This document shows positions 42,668 through 51,748 of a DNA stretch of 64,000 bases, piece after piece. The notes under the pieces were generated by a model. The model ran no database searches, had not been told where the DNA came from, and was given only the letters and a program-made list of their open reading frames with translations. The DNA lies in NCBI GenBank assembly GCA_003555415.1, contig PWHX01000012.1, positions 13,053 to 77,052 on the forward strand. The letters are read 5' to 3'. The position numbers and the translations under genes were made by a program. How positions within the stretch are numbered: position 1 is the stretch's first letter; the number at the start of each line of letters is the position of its first letter. This DNA is from Syntrophomonadaceae bacterium. Lineage in GTDB: Bacteria > Bacillota > Dethiobacteria > SKNC01.

Positions 42668-44341
42668 TTGAAAAAAGAAAAACAAAATAAAATCCAAATA
42701 ATTCCCCTGGGGGGTATAGGGGAAATTGGAAAAAATATGTTCGTTCTAAAATACGAAGATGAAATTTTAGTGCTGGACTCAGGGTTAATGTTTCCTGAAG
42801 AGGAAATGTTTGGTATAGATATAGTTATACCAGATATTTCTTACCTTATTGAAAATAAGGAAAAAGTCAAAGGTATCATTGTAACCCACGGACATGAAGA
42901 CCATATTGGTGCTCTTCCCTTTGTTCTACCTTCTCTAAATGTGCCTATTTATGGAACAAAGCTAACTTTAGGACTGGTAGAAGTCAAATTAAAAGAGCAC
43001 AATATTTTAAAAACCACCAGCCTGAATCTAATTCGGCCTGGATGCAGCATGAAAATTAGTGATAATTTTAAAGTCGAGTTTTTTAAAACTAATCACAGCA
43101 TACCCGATTCAGTTGGTGTTGCTATATATACCCCTGTAGGAATTATCGTATATACCAGCGATTTTAAATTAGACCAAACCCCTGTAGATGGTCAAATTAC
43201 TGATTTCTATCGGTTGGCGGAATTAGGAAAAAAGGAAGTGCTGGTAATGCTTTCTGACAGTACTAATGCTGAAAGGCCGGGATTTACACTATCTGAGAAG
43301 GTAGTTGGGGAAACCATACAGGAAATCTTCCGTGTCTCTGATGGAAGAATAATTATAGCTACCTTTGCTTCTAATGTTCATCGTATACAACAGGTTATAG
43401 ATGCTGCTGCCCTGCATGGAAGGAAAGTAGCTGTTATAGGCAGGAGTATGGTTAATGTTGTAGGCATATCCCGGGAGTTGGGGTATTTAAACGTACCTGA
43501 TAAAACCATTATTGAGGTTGAGGAAATAAGCAATTATCCCGAAGAAAAGTTGGTCTTACTGACGACCGGAAGTCAGGGAGAACCAATGTCTGCTCTTACC
43601 AGAATTTCAGTCTCTGAGCACAAGAAAGTAGAGGTTATTCCTGGAGATACGGTGGTTATAGCTGCAACGCCTATACCTGGTAATGAAAAACTGGTTTCAC
43701 GAACCATTAATAATCTCTTTAAAAGAGGGGCTAAAGTCTATTATGAGTCGGTGTCCGGGGTTCATGTTTCAGGACATGGAAGCCAGGAAGAGTTGAAGAT
43801 AATGCTAAATCTACTTAAGCCCAAGTTCCTGATTCCAGTTCACGGAGAATATCGCCATTTAGTACATCATGCAGAACTTGCTGAAAAGGTAGGTATTTCT
43901 CCAAAGAATGTTTTTGTTTCAGATAATGGTTCTATCTTAGAATTCACTGCGAATACAGGGAGAAAAGTTGGGCGGGTATCAGTGGGCAATGTTTTAGTTG
44001 ATGGCTTAGGAGTAGGCGATGTTGGTAATATAGTTCTAAGGGACAGGAGAATCCTGTCTCAGGATGGAATACTAATAGTAGTGATTGCTATTGACAAGGA
44101 AAGCAACCGTGTTTTAGCAGGGCCTGATATAGTTTCCAGGGGCTTTGTTTATGTACGGGAGTCTGAAAAATTAATTGAAGAAGCTAAAAGCCAGGTCGCC
44201 CACGCTTTGGAGTCCACAAGTGCAGAGAAAATGGGAGAATGGTCAACAGTAAAAAATATCGTTAGAGATGTTTTAAACAAATTCTTCTGGGAAAAAACAA
44301 GAAGAAGACCGATGATACTGCCCATAATTTCAGAAATATAA
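42668..44341 (+). CDS. rnj: Ribonuclease J
   Basis: PLGGIGEIGKN, THGHEDHIG, HSIPD, HVSGH, PVHGE. Confidence 0.97.
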   Translation: MKKEKQNKIQIIPLGGIGEIGKNMFVLKYEDEILVLDSGLMFPEEEMFGIDIVIPDISYLIENKEKVKGIIVTHGHEDHIGALPFVLPSLNVPIYGTKLTLGLVEVKLKEHNILKTTSLNLIRPGCSMKISDNFKVEFFKTNHSIPDSVGVAIYTPVGIIVYTSDFKLDQTPVDGQITDFYRLAELGKKEVLVMLSDSTNAERPGFTLSEKVVGETIQEIFRVSDGRIIIATFASNVHRIQQVIDAAALHGRKVAVIGRSMVNVVGISRELGYLNVPDKTIIEVEEISNYPEEKLVLLTTGSQGEPMSALTRISVSEHKKVEVIPGDTVVIAATPIPGNEKLVSRTINNLFKRGAKVYYESVSGVHVSGHGSQEELKIMLNLLKPKFLIPVHGEYRHLVHHAELAEKVGISPKNVFVSDNGSILEFTANTGRKVGRVSVGNVLVDGLGVGDVGNIVLRDRRILSQDGILIVVIAIDKESNRVLAGPDIVSRGFVYVRESEKLIEEAKSQVAHALESTSAEKMGEWSTVKNIVRDVLNKFFWEKTRRRPMILPIISEI

Positions 44342-44376
44342 TTGTACCGTTAACTACCATATAAATGTTGAATAAG

Positions 44377-44409
44377 TTAAGGGAAGTCACTTCAGGCGAC
44401 TTCCCTTAA
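44377..44409. terminator. Terminator between convergent rnj and fbp
   Basis: TTAAGGGAAGTC / GACTTCCCTTAA inverted repeat. Confidence 0.7.
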
Positions 44410-44424
44410 ATATTATATGTTTTT

Positions 44425-45519
44425 CTAATCTATGTCTTCAAAACGATCTTTTAGCCTTTCCATTACCAAAGGTAAGGTGGTATATTCCATTTCGTCCAAG
44501 GGGAGACGGTGAGGCTCAAAAGGCCCCATGCTTCTTATGTAATCGGCGATTTCATTGGCTTTGCGCCGGGCATTATCATAAGAGGTATCTGCAAAAAAGT
44601 CTTGAGGCCCTATAAGTTTACCTTCAGCAAGTTGGAAGCCTAAACCTACAACCCGGGGTGGACCGTCAAACCTGGTAGGATTACACTTATCCAGTGATGA
44701 AGGCATTAGCGGACCGGAATGGGAACCTCTCATCCATCCAGAAACCATGTAAGGATTAGAGAAAGGCTCCAGGACTTCTCCAACCGCCGGAAAACCACTT
44801 TGACAACGGACAATACAAACCGGATCATCTTTACCTACATATCGACCGGCCATAAGATTTAGACGCTGTGTGCTGGAAGTTGATGCTATATCCCCTGTGT
44901 CTTTATGAAAAACAGATTTTACACAATAGTGTCCGGAAGCTCCTATAAATACCAGAAGATCATAAAGTTCTTCCGGAGTATTAAAAATTACCTTTTTGTT
45001 TTTAATTAAGTCGTGGATTTCAAATTTAAATCCGCAGTTCATTTTAGGATCTATAACCAGTCCTGCCGTGTTAAAAGGATCAGCAAACATTTTATAGAGA
45101 GGATAGTTCCAGGCTCCAGGTTCCGTTTTATCCGCCATGAATATAACAATGGGTTCACTTTTTCTCTCAACAAATTCCATTTCTGCAACTCCAGGCCCCA
45201 TGCCCCGGATATTTCCTGAGAAAGCGTCCCCCAGGAGGTCTTGGCCTGCTCCATATAGCTTTAGTTTTTTGGCTAATTCAGTACATGCGATAAAAACATC
45301 CCAGGCTAACTGGTGTATCTCTTCACTATCTATTCCTTTTCCATGGGTTAGAATTAAATTTATATCATCGCCTACATGGGTAACATGAAAATCTGTTAAT
45401 AAATTGCTTTCCCCCAGCATTTCGTTAGCTTTTTCTAAGAGGTCACTGTGAACGCTGCTGTGACCAACAAATCCTCCGATATCAGCTTTAATAACTGATA
45501 AAGTTATTTTTTTATTCAT
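44425..45519 (-). CDS. fbp: Fructose-1,6-bisphosphate aldolase/phosphatase (class V FBPase)
   Basis: SVIKADIGG, VGDD, YGAGQDLL, DKTEPGA, YVGKDDP, GWMRGSH, RFDGPPR, MEYTTLP. Confidence 0.96.
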   Translation of the reverse strand: MNKKITLSVIKADIGGFVGHSSVHSDLLEKANEMLGESNLLTDFHVTHVGDDINLILTHGKGIDSEEIHQLAWDVFIACTELAKKLKLYGAGQDLLGDAFSGNIRGMGPGVAEMEFVERKSEPIVIFMADKTEPGAWNYPLYKMFADPFNTAGLVIDPKMNCGFKFEIHDLIKNKKVIFNTPEELYDLLVFIGASGHYCVKSVFHKDTGDIASTSSTQRLNLMAGRYVGKDDPVCIVRCQSGFPAVGEVLEPFSNPYMVSGWMRGSHSGPLMPSSLDKCNPTRFDGPPRVVGLGFQLAEGKLIGPQDFFADTSYDNARRKANEIADYIRSMGPFEPHRLPLDEMEYTTLPLVMERLKDRFEDID

Positions 45520-45837
45520 TTTAACCCTCCCGTGATAATTGTTTATTATAACTCAAGATTACCTCCTTCCTTCACCTGTTTAATATTAATCGCAAATATA
45601 TTGTATCATAATTAGCGTTAAAAACTCAATTGTGTTACGCTGTTTATTCTTTTACTGTATTTATTAAATACCTATGAATATTGCTTTAATACAATTACTG
45701 AACTAAACAATAAAATAATTAAATTTTTATAACACTAAAGAGCAGGAAAGTAATTATTTTATGTAGAACATTGTATGTCTAATGATTAGTTTAATATAGG
45801 TTCCTTAATTTAACTATTTTTGGAGGTGAATTTTAAA

Positions 45838-46587
45838 TTGTTGGAGCTTAAAGGATTATCTTATAATGTAAGCGGTAAGGAAAAAGACATTGAAATAATC
45901 AAGGATGTTGATATATCTTTTGACAAGGGCAAACTATATGCTATAACAGGTCCAAATGGAAGCGGTAAAACTTCCCTGGCCCAATTAATCATGGGAATTT
46001 ATCCTGCCACCAAAGGGAGAATACTGTTTAAGGGGGAAGATATTACTGATTTAGATATATCTGAAAGAGCAAAAAAGGGTATCGGTTATGCTTTCCAGTA
46101 TCCTCCCCGTTTCAAAGGATTAAAGGTTTTAGATTTACTGAGCCTGGCTTCAGGGATTGAGGAGGAAACAGTAGCAAGGGGATATTTGCGGCAGGTAGGA
46201 TTATGTCCTGAAGATTACCTGGACAGGGATGTTGATCCGGGCTTATCTGGTGGAGAAATGAAAAGAATAGAAATTGCTACACTCCTGGCTAAAAATCCTG
46301 AGTTTGTTATATATGATGAGCCAGATGCCGGTGTTGATTTGTGGAGCTTTGATCTACTTTTAGATGTTATCCGGAATAAACATAAAAAAGAGGGCATAAC
46401 AACGATATTAATCAGTCACCAAGAAAGAATTCTTTCCTTGGTAGACGAAATAATTTTGATTGTTGACGGCAGGATAAAAGATGTGGGAAATAAGGATAAG
46501 ATATGGCCGGTTATTAAAGATGTTGTGGGATGCCAGAGGGATACATTATGCAGCAGGAGGGATAAAGTTGAAACTAAATGCCGTTGA
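45838..46587 (+). CDS. SufC/SmsC-type ABC ATPase for Fe-S assembly
   Basis: GPNGSGKT, LSGGEMKRIE, DEPDAGVD, SH; C-terminal Cys residues; TTG 45838 after GGAGGTG. Confidence 0.85.
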   Translation: MLELKGLSYNVSGKEKDIEIIKDVDISFDKGKLYAITGPNGSGKTSLAQLIMGIYPATKGRILFKGEDITDLDISERAKKGIGYAFQYPPRFKGLKVLDLLSLASGIEEETVARGYLRQVGLCPEDYLDRDVDPGLSGGEMKRIEIATLLAKNPEFVIYDEPDAGVDLWSFDLLLDVIRNKHKKEGITTILISHQERILSLVDEIILIVDGRIKDVGNKDKIWPVIKDVVGCQRDTLCSRRDKVETKCR

Positions 46588-47491
46588 TAAAAATCTTTTA
46601 GAACAGGTTGCAGATCTTCACGATACTCCCCAAGGAGCCTATAATATTCGTAGGGACGGGGAAGGTTTTTCTCGCCATTCTACTGAAAATATTCAGATAA
46701 ATGTTAAGGAGGATAAGCCCGGGATTGATATAATTGTTAAGCCGGGCACTAAAAATGAGTCGGTTCATATTCCGGTGCTGCTTACTCAGGATGGGATCAA
46801 CGACCTGGTTTATAACACCTTTGAAATAGGAGAAGGCTCTGATGTGCAGGTAGTAGCAGGATGCGGTATTCATAATGATGGGTCTCAAGAATCCCGGCAT
46901 GACGGCATACACACTATATATGTCCGCAAGGGAGCCCGGATGCGTTATGTTGAGAAACATTATGGAGAGGGAGAAAGTGTAGGGGGTAGAGTTTTGAACC
47001 CTAAAACAATCATTGAAATTGAAGAAGGCGCAACAGCGGAACTGGAAATGGTTCAAATTAAAGGAGTAGATAGTACAAAGAGGGATACGGAAGCTAATCT
47101 GCATAAGGATGCCAATTTAATTATAGTAGAAAGGCTCTTAACCCATGGAAATCAAAAGGCCAGGTCCGATATTGTGGTTAATCTAAGGGAAGAGAATTCT
47201 TTTACCCAGATAACCTCCCGGACGGTAGCCCAGGGGGATTCTGAGCAGATTTTTTATCCCCGGGTTATAGCCTATGCCAAATCCAGGGGATATGTTGAAT
47301 GTGACTCTATAATCATGGATAGGGCCATAGTCCAGTCAGTGCCGGAAATCACTGCACACCACGCTGAGGCGGAATTAACTCATGAGGCGGCGATTGGTAA
47401 AATTGCCGGGGCACAGCTCCTTAAACTCATGTCTCTGGGCCTTTCTGAACAAGAAGCTATAGAAAAAATACTGAAGGGTTTTTTGAGATAG
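46568..47491 (+). CDS. SufB/SufD-family (SmsB-like) Fe-S scaffold
   Basis: VAGCGIH, YVEKHYG, YVECDSII, THEAAIGKIA, LMSLGL; TTG 46568 after AGGAGG. Confidence 0.88.
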   Translation: MKLNAVDKNLLEQVADLHDTPQGAYNIRRDGEGFSRHSTENIQINVKEDKPGIDIIVKPGTKNESVHIPVLLTQDGINDLVYNTFEIGEGSDVQVVAGCGIHNDGSQESRHDGIHTIYVRKGARMRYVEKHYGEGESVGGRVLNPKTIIEIEEGATAELEMVQIKGVDSTKRDTEANLHKDANLIIVERLLTHGNQKARSDIVVNLREENSFTQITSRTVAQGDSEQIFYPRVIAYAKSRGYVECDSIIMDRAIVQSVPEITAHHAEAELTHEAAIGKIAGAQLLKLMSLGLSEQEAIEKILKGFLR

Positions 47492-47494
47492 AAT

Positions 47495-47534
47495 AATAGG
47501 CCGAGGGTTAATAGACTGCCCGGCCTATTTTTTT
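47495..47534 (+). terminator. Terminator after sufB-like gene
   Basis: AATAGGCCG...CGGCCTATT plus T-run. Confidence 0.65.
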
Positions 47535-47655
47535 ATTAAAATAAAAATAAGAAAAAGGATTTTGCCGATTATAAATAATAAGCAGTATAAAATCTATTAG
47601 GGAGCAGAAAATAAATAAGAATTATTTCATTAAACATATTATTATAATAATTGGA

Positions 47656-48420
47656 GTGATAAGTTTGAGCATGTATAGTCGTCGTAAATCCCCTGTTAGA
47701 AGGCCGAAAAACCCTACTGCTCCTTCTCCCCAAACCGGTCAGGAAACGGAAAGTCTCAAAAATATAGAAAAGTTAGGTCAGGTTAATATTCCTCAAATGG
47801 ATAGTAACCTTCATTGTATTTCTATAGTAGGTCAGATTGAAGGTCATTTAGTCTTACCTCCCCAGAATAAAACCACCAAATATGAACATATAATTCCGCA
47901 GCTGGTTGCCGTGGAACAAAACCCAAATATCGAAGGCCTGATGATTATACTTAACACCGTAGGAGGCGATGTAGAGGCAGGTTTAGCCATAGCAGAGTTA
48001 ATAGACAGTTTATCTAAGCCTACCGTTTCCCTGGTGTTAGGGGGAGGGCACAGTATTGGGGTTCCTATTGCGGTGGGAGCAGATCATTCTATAATTGCCC
48101 ACACAGCAACCATGACTATTCATCCTTTAAGACTTACAGGATTGGTAGTTGGAGTTCCCCAAACATATGAATACCTGGACAAAATGCAGGACCGGGTGAT
48201 AAATTTTGTAACCAGGCACTCAGCTGTTTCAGAAGAGGAGTTTAGAAAACTAATGTTTAGTACCGGACAATTAGCCCGGGATATCGGGACGGTATTGGTG
48301 GGAGAAGATGCAGTAAATAAAGGGCTGATAGATTCCATTGGTGGACTGGGGGAAGCAAACGCAAAGCTAAACGAAATGTTAAACGGTAATCCTACTCCCC
48401 CCGGGGGTGAGATTCAATGA
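47656..48420 (+). CDS. tepA: ClpP-like translocation-enhancing protein TepA
   Basis: [47 protein letters not shown]; followed by ylzJ. Confidence 0.93.
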   Translation: MISLSMYSRRKSPVRRPKNPTAPSPQTGQETESLKNIEKLGQVNIPQMDSNLHCISIVGQIEGHLVLPPQNKTTKYEHIIPQLVAVEQNPNIEGLMIILNTVGGDVEAGLAIAELIDSLSKPTVSLVLGGGHSIGVPIAVGADHSIIAHTATMTIHPLRLTGLVVGVPQTYEYLDKMQDRVINFVTRHSAVSEEEFRKLMFSTGQLARDIGTVLVGEDAVNKGLIDSIGGLGEANAKLNEMLNGNPTPPGGEIQ

Positions 48421-48629
48421 TTATTTATACTCCGCTCCCTATAGAGTTAATCCTGGAGGGAAGCGATGATTTTTCTCCTGAATACAAAGAGGTAGAAAAA
48501 GATGGTTATAAACTACTGGTAGAACCCTATTCTTTTAATGAAGGCAAAGTAGTGCGCTTGATAAGCAGCAACCCTCAAGAATACTTAAAGCCTGAACTGC
48601 AACCTGGAGAGATTATTAAACTGTCATAG
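48417..48629 (+). CDS. ylzJ: YlzJ-like protein
   Basis: [22 protein letters not shown]; coupled to tepA. Confidence 0.9.
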   Translation: MIIYTPLPIELILEGSDDFSPEYKEVEKDGYKLLVEPYSFNEGKVVRLISSNPQEYLKPELQPGEIIKLS

Positions 48630-48650
48630 TCTTATATCTGTTTTTTAATT

Positions 48651-48674
48651 AAGAGCTGTTCTGAGCTCTTTTTT
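48651..48674 (+). terminator. Terminator after ylzJ
   Basis: AAGAGCT-GTTCTG-AGCTCTT plus T-run. Confidence 0.55.
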
Positions 48675-48822
48675 ATTATGTCAAAAATAGACAGCGTTTT
48701 ACAAAGGATTTTGTTAACCATTAAAGAAAATAATTAGTAAATATAAAAATAAATATAAGCTTATATGTTGTTAAATATTTATTTGGACATGCCTTTTAGA
48801 ATAATTAAACTTAAAAATAACA

Positions 48823-51720
48823 ATGGAGGGAATAAAAGTGACGGAAAACAAGGGACATGAAAAGGGGTTCCCTGTTGTCGGTATCGGAGCTTCTGCCGGG
48901 GGATTTAAAGCTTTAAAAGAATTCTTTACCCATATGACTGAAGATACGGAAAGTGGAATAGCTTTTGTTCTGGTCCAGCACTTATCCCCTGAATGCAAGA
49001 GTAATTTGAGGGGCTTAATTGAACAGTTTACTGAGATGCCGGTACAGGAAGTGGAAGACGGTATGGAAATACTGCCTAATAATATTTACATTATCCCGCC
49101 TAACCGGTATATGGTTTTCGTAAAAGGAAGGTTATTTCTAAATAAACCCGTCCAACAGCGGGGGACGAGGTTTTCCATTGATTATTTTTTTTGTTCACTG
49201 GCTGAGAGTTTACGGGAGCGATCAATCTGCATATTGCTCTCTGGTGCTGGTAATGATGGCACACTGGGATTAAGAGCTATTAAGGGGGAAGGGGGAATGA
49301 CCATGGTGCAGGATCCCGAAACAGCCGAATCCGATAGTATGCCCCGCAGCGCCATTAATACAGGCTTGGTTGATTACGTGTTGCCGCCCAGGGAGATGTC
49401 GGCTTATTTGACATCTTACGTTAAGTATGCCGTTGATAAGAAAAAACAGCAGATAATTTCATCGGTTTTTAAAGATGAAGATTTGCTACAGGAGATATTA
49501 AATCATTTATGCTGTCAGATGGGACATGACTTTTCTTATTATAAACAAAGCACCATTAAACGCCGTATTGAACGTCGTATGGCGGTCAAGCAAATTAACC
49601 GGCTGGAGGATTACCTTGCTTATTTACAAACTAGCTCCCCAGAGGTAAAATCTCTTTTTAAAGATATGCTGGTGGGTGTTACCAGCTTTTTCCGGGACAC
49701 AGAAGCCTTTGATATTTTTAAGGAAAGGGTTGTGCCTGATTTATTTTCAGGAAAAGCCCCGGGTGATTCCATTCGTATATGGGTGCCCGGCTGTTCCACC
49801 GGCGAAGAGGCTTATTCTATTGCCATCCTGCTTCAGGAGCAATTGGAAGATTTAAATCAGTATTATAAGGTTTGTATTTTTGCCACTGATATTGACAGTC
49901 ATGCAATTAAACAGGCTCGTACCGGGGTTTATCCTGCCAGCATTGCATCTAATGTTTCTCCTGAGCGATTGAAGCGTTTTTTCACGTGGGATGCCGACGG
50001 AAATTTCTATACTATCCAAAAGAACATCCGGGATATGTTGATATTTGCTGAACAGAACGTAATAGATGATCCTCCATTTACTAATATTGACTTAATCAGC
50101 TGCCGTAACCTGTTAATTTTTATGAATAAAGAGCTACAAAAAAAGATAATCCAGGTAATGCACTACGCTTTAAAGGAAAATGGTTTTATGTTCCTGGGCA
50201 GTTCTGAGACTGTCGGTGAATTCAATGACCTTTTTGAACCGGTAGATAAATCGTGGAAAATCTATAAAAAAAATGGAAACGTGTCTTATCTGCGCCCGGT
50301 GATGAGAGGGTTTGCCACATCTTCGAAAAAAGAAGAATTCGTAAACCCCACCTCACTCCATAAAAGCTCGGGAGAAAGTAAGATTATTGCTATTCGCAAA
50401 TTAGTTGAAAGAAAGCTGTTCAGGCAGTACACCCCGGCTTGCGTAGTAGTTGATAAAAGTGGGGAAGCACTGTACATTCATGGTCGTACCGGTAAATATC
50501 TGGAGCCGACATCGGGTGAAGCCAGTATGAACATTCTTCAGATGGCCCGGGATGGATTGAGAATGGAGTTGAGAAAAGCTATACGGAAAGCTGCTGTCAA
50601 TGAAGAGTCCATACATTGTCAGGGGTTGCGGGTCATGTCAAACGGTGAAATTACTACTGTTAATGTAACAATCAGTCCAGTTACAGAAGAAGATCCAATC
50701 TTACAGGGGTTAATTATGGTTATTTTTGAAGATATCCATCTTCCTGAATCATCCGCTTCCCTGGAGGAGGTAGCAGTTACAGGGGATATTGTTACTGATA
50801 AGGATAAACATATTCTTGTTTTGGAACAGGAACTGAGGGATAAAGAAGGGTACCTTCAGTCCACCCTTGAAGAGCTGGAGGCTTCTAATGAAGAACTTCA
50901 ATCCATCAACGAGGAATATCAATCAGCCAACGAAGAATTGGAGACATCTAAGGAGGAACTGAAGGCGGTTAATGAGGAGCTTGCGATGGTTAACACGGAG
51001 ATGCAAAACAAGATAGAAGAGCTATCCCGGTCTTTCAATGACACAAAAAACATGCTGGCCGGCACAGAAGTGGGAACAATCTTTGTGGATAAATTACTGC
51101 GCATTAAGCGCTTTACTCATCCCGCTACCGAGGTTATTAACCTGATAGAGAGTGACGTTGGTCGGCCTTTAAGCCATTTTTCTTTAAACCTGCTAAACTA
51201 TGAAAACCTTATAGAAGACGTACAATCAGTTTTAGATACATTAGTGCCTAAAGAAATAGAAGTACAAACTAAGAATGGTCTGTGGTATAAGATGCGCATT
51301 ATGCCTTATCGCACGCTGGAAAATGCTATTGAAGGCGCAGTAATTACTTTTATTGATATTACCAATTCCCTAAACCGTTTGGCTGTTGTGGTTATGGATT
51401 CCAGGGATGCTATTACGGTACAGGACTTTGAAGGCACAATACACTCCTGGAACCCGGGAGCGGAAAAACTGTACGGATGGAAAGAATTCCAGGTGTTAAA
51501 TAAGAGCATTAATATCGTGGTTCCTGAAGAAAAACAGGGGGAAGAAATGGAAAAGTTAAAAAAGTTAGCCTTGAATGAAGATGTAGAACCGTACCAAACA
51601 TTGCGGGTCACTAAGGAGGGAAGGTTAATAAATGTATTTGTAACTGCCACAACACTGGTTAACCAGAAGGAAGAGCCTTATGCAGTTGCTACTACGGAAC
51701 GATTCATCAGCCAACACTAG
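48823..51720 (+). CDS. CheB methylesterase-CheR methyltransferase fusion with PAS domains and coiled coil
   Basis: GIGASAGG, VQHL, SGAGNDG (CheB triad); WVPGCSTGEEAYS, ATDID, CRNLLIF (CheR); EEL heptads; C-terminal PAS (SWNPGAEKLYG). Confidence 0.93.
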   Translation: MEGIKVTENKGHEKGFPVVGIGASAGGFKALKEFFTHMTEDTESGIAFVLVQHLSPECKSNLRGLIEQFTEMPVQEVEDGMEILPNNIYIIPPNRYMVFVKGRLFLNKPVQQRGTRFSIDYFFCSLAESLRERSICILLSGAGNDGTLGLRAIKGEGGMTMVQDPETAESDSMPRSAINTGLVDYVLPPREMSAYLTSYVKYAVDKKKQQIISSVFKDEDLLQEILNHLCCQMGHDFSYYKQSTIKRRIERRMAVKQINRLEDYLAYLQTSSPEVKSLFKDMLVGVTSFFRDTEAFDIFKERVVPDLFSGKAPGDSIRIWVPGCSTGEEAYSIAILLQEQLEDLNQYYKVCIFATDIDSHAIKQARTGVYPASIASNVSPERLKRFFTWDADGNFYTIQKNIRDMLIFAEQNVIDDPPFTNIDLISCRNLLIFMNKELQKKIIQVMHYALKENGFMFLGSSETVGEFNDLFEPVDKSWKIYKKNGNVSYLRPVMRGFATSSKKEEFVNPTSLHKSSGESKIIAIRKLVERKLFRQYTPACVVVDKSGEALYIHGRTGKYLEPTSGEASMNILQMARDGLRMELRKAIRKAAVNEESIHCQGLRVMSNGEITTVNVTISPVTEEDPILQGLIMVIFEDIHLPESSASLEEVAVTGDIVTDKDKHILVLEQELRDKEGYLQSTLEELEASNEELQSINEEYQSANEELETSKEELKAVNEELAMVNTEMQNKIEELSRSFNDTKNMLAGTEVGTIFVDKLLRIKRFTHPATEVINLIESDVGRPLSHFSLNLLNYENLIEDVQSVLDTLVPKEIEVQTKNGLWYKMRIMPYRTLENAIEGAVITFIDITNSLNRLAVVVMDSRDAITVQDFEGTIHSWNPGAEKLYGWKEFQVLNKSINIVVPEEKQGEEMEKLKKLALNEDVEPYQTLRVTKEGRLINVFVTATTLVNQKEEPYAVATTERFISQH

Positions 51721-51748
51721 CTGATTTGCACTGAAAAGGAGGAAAATT

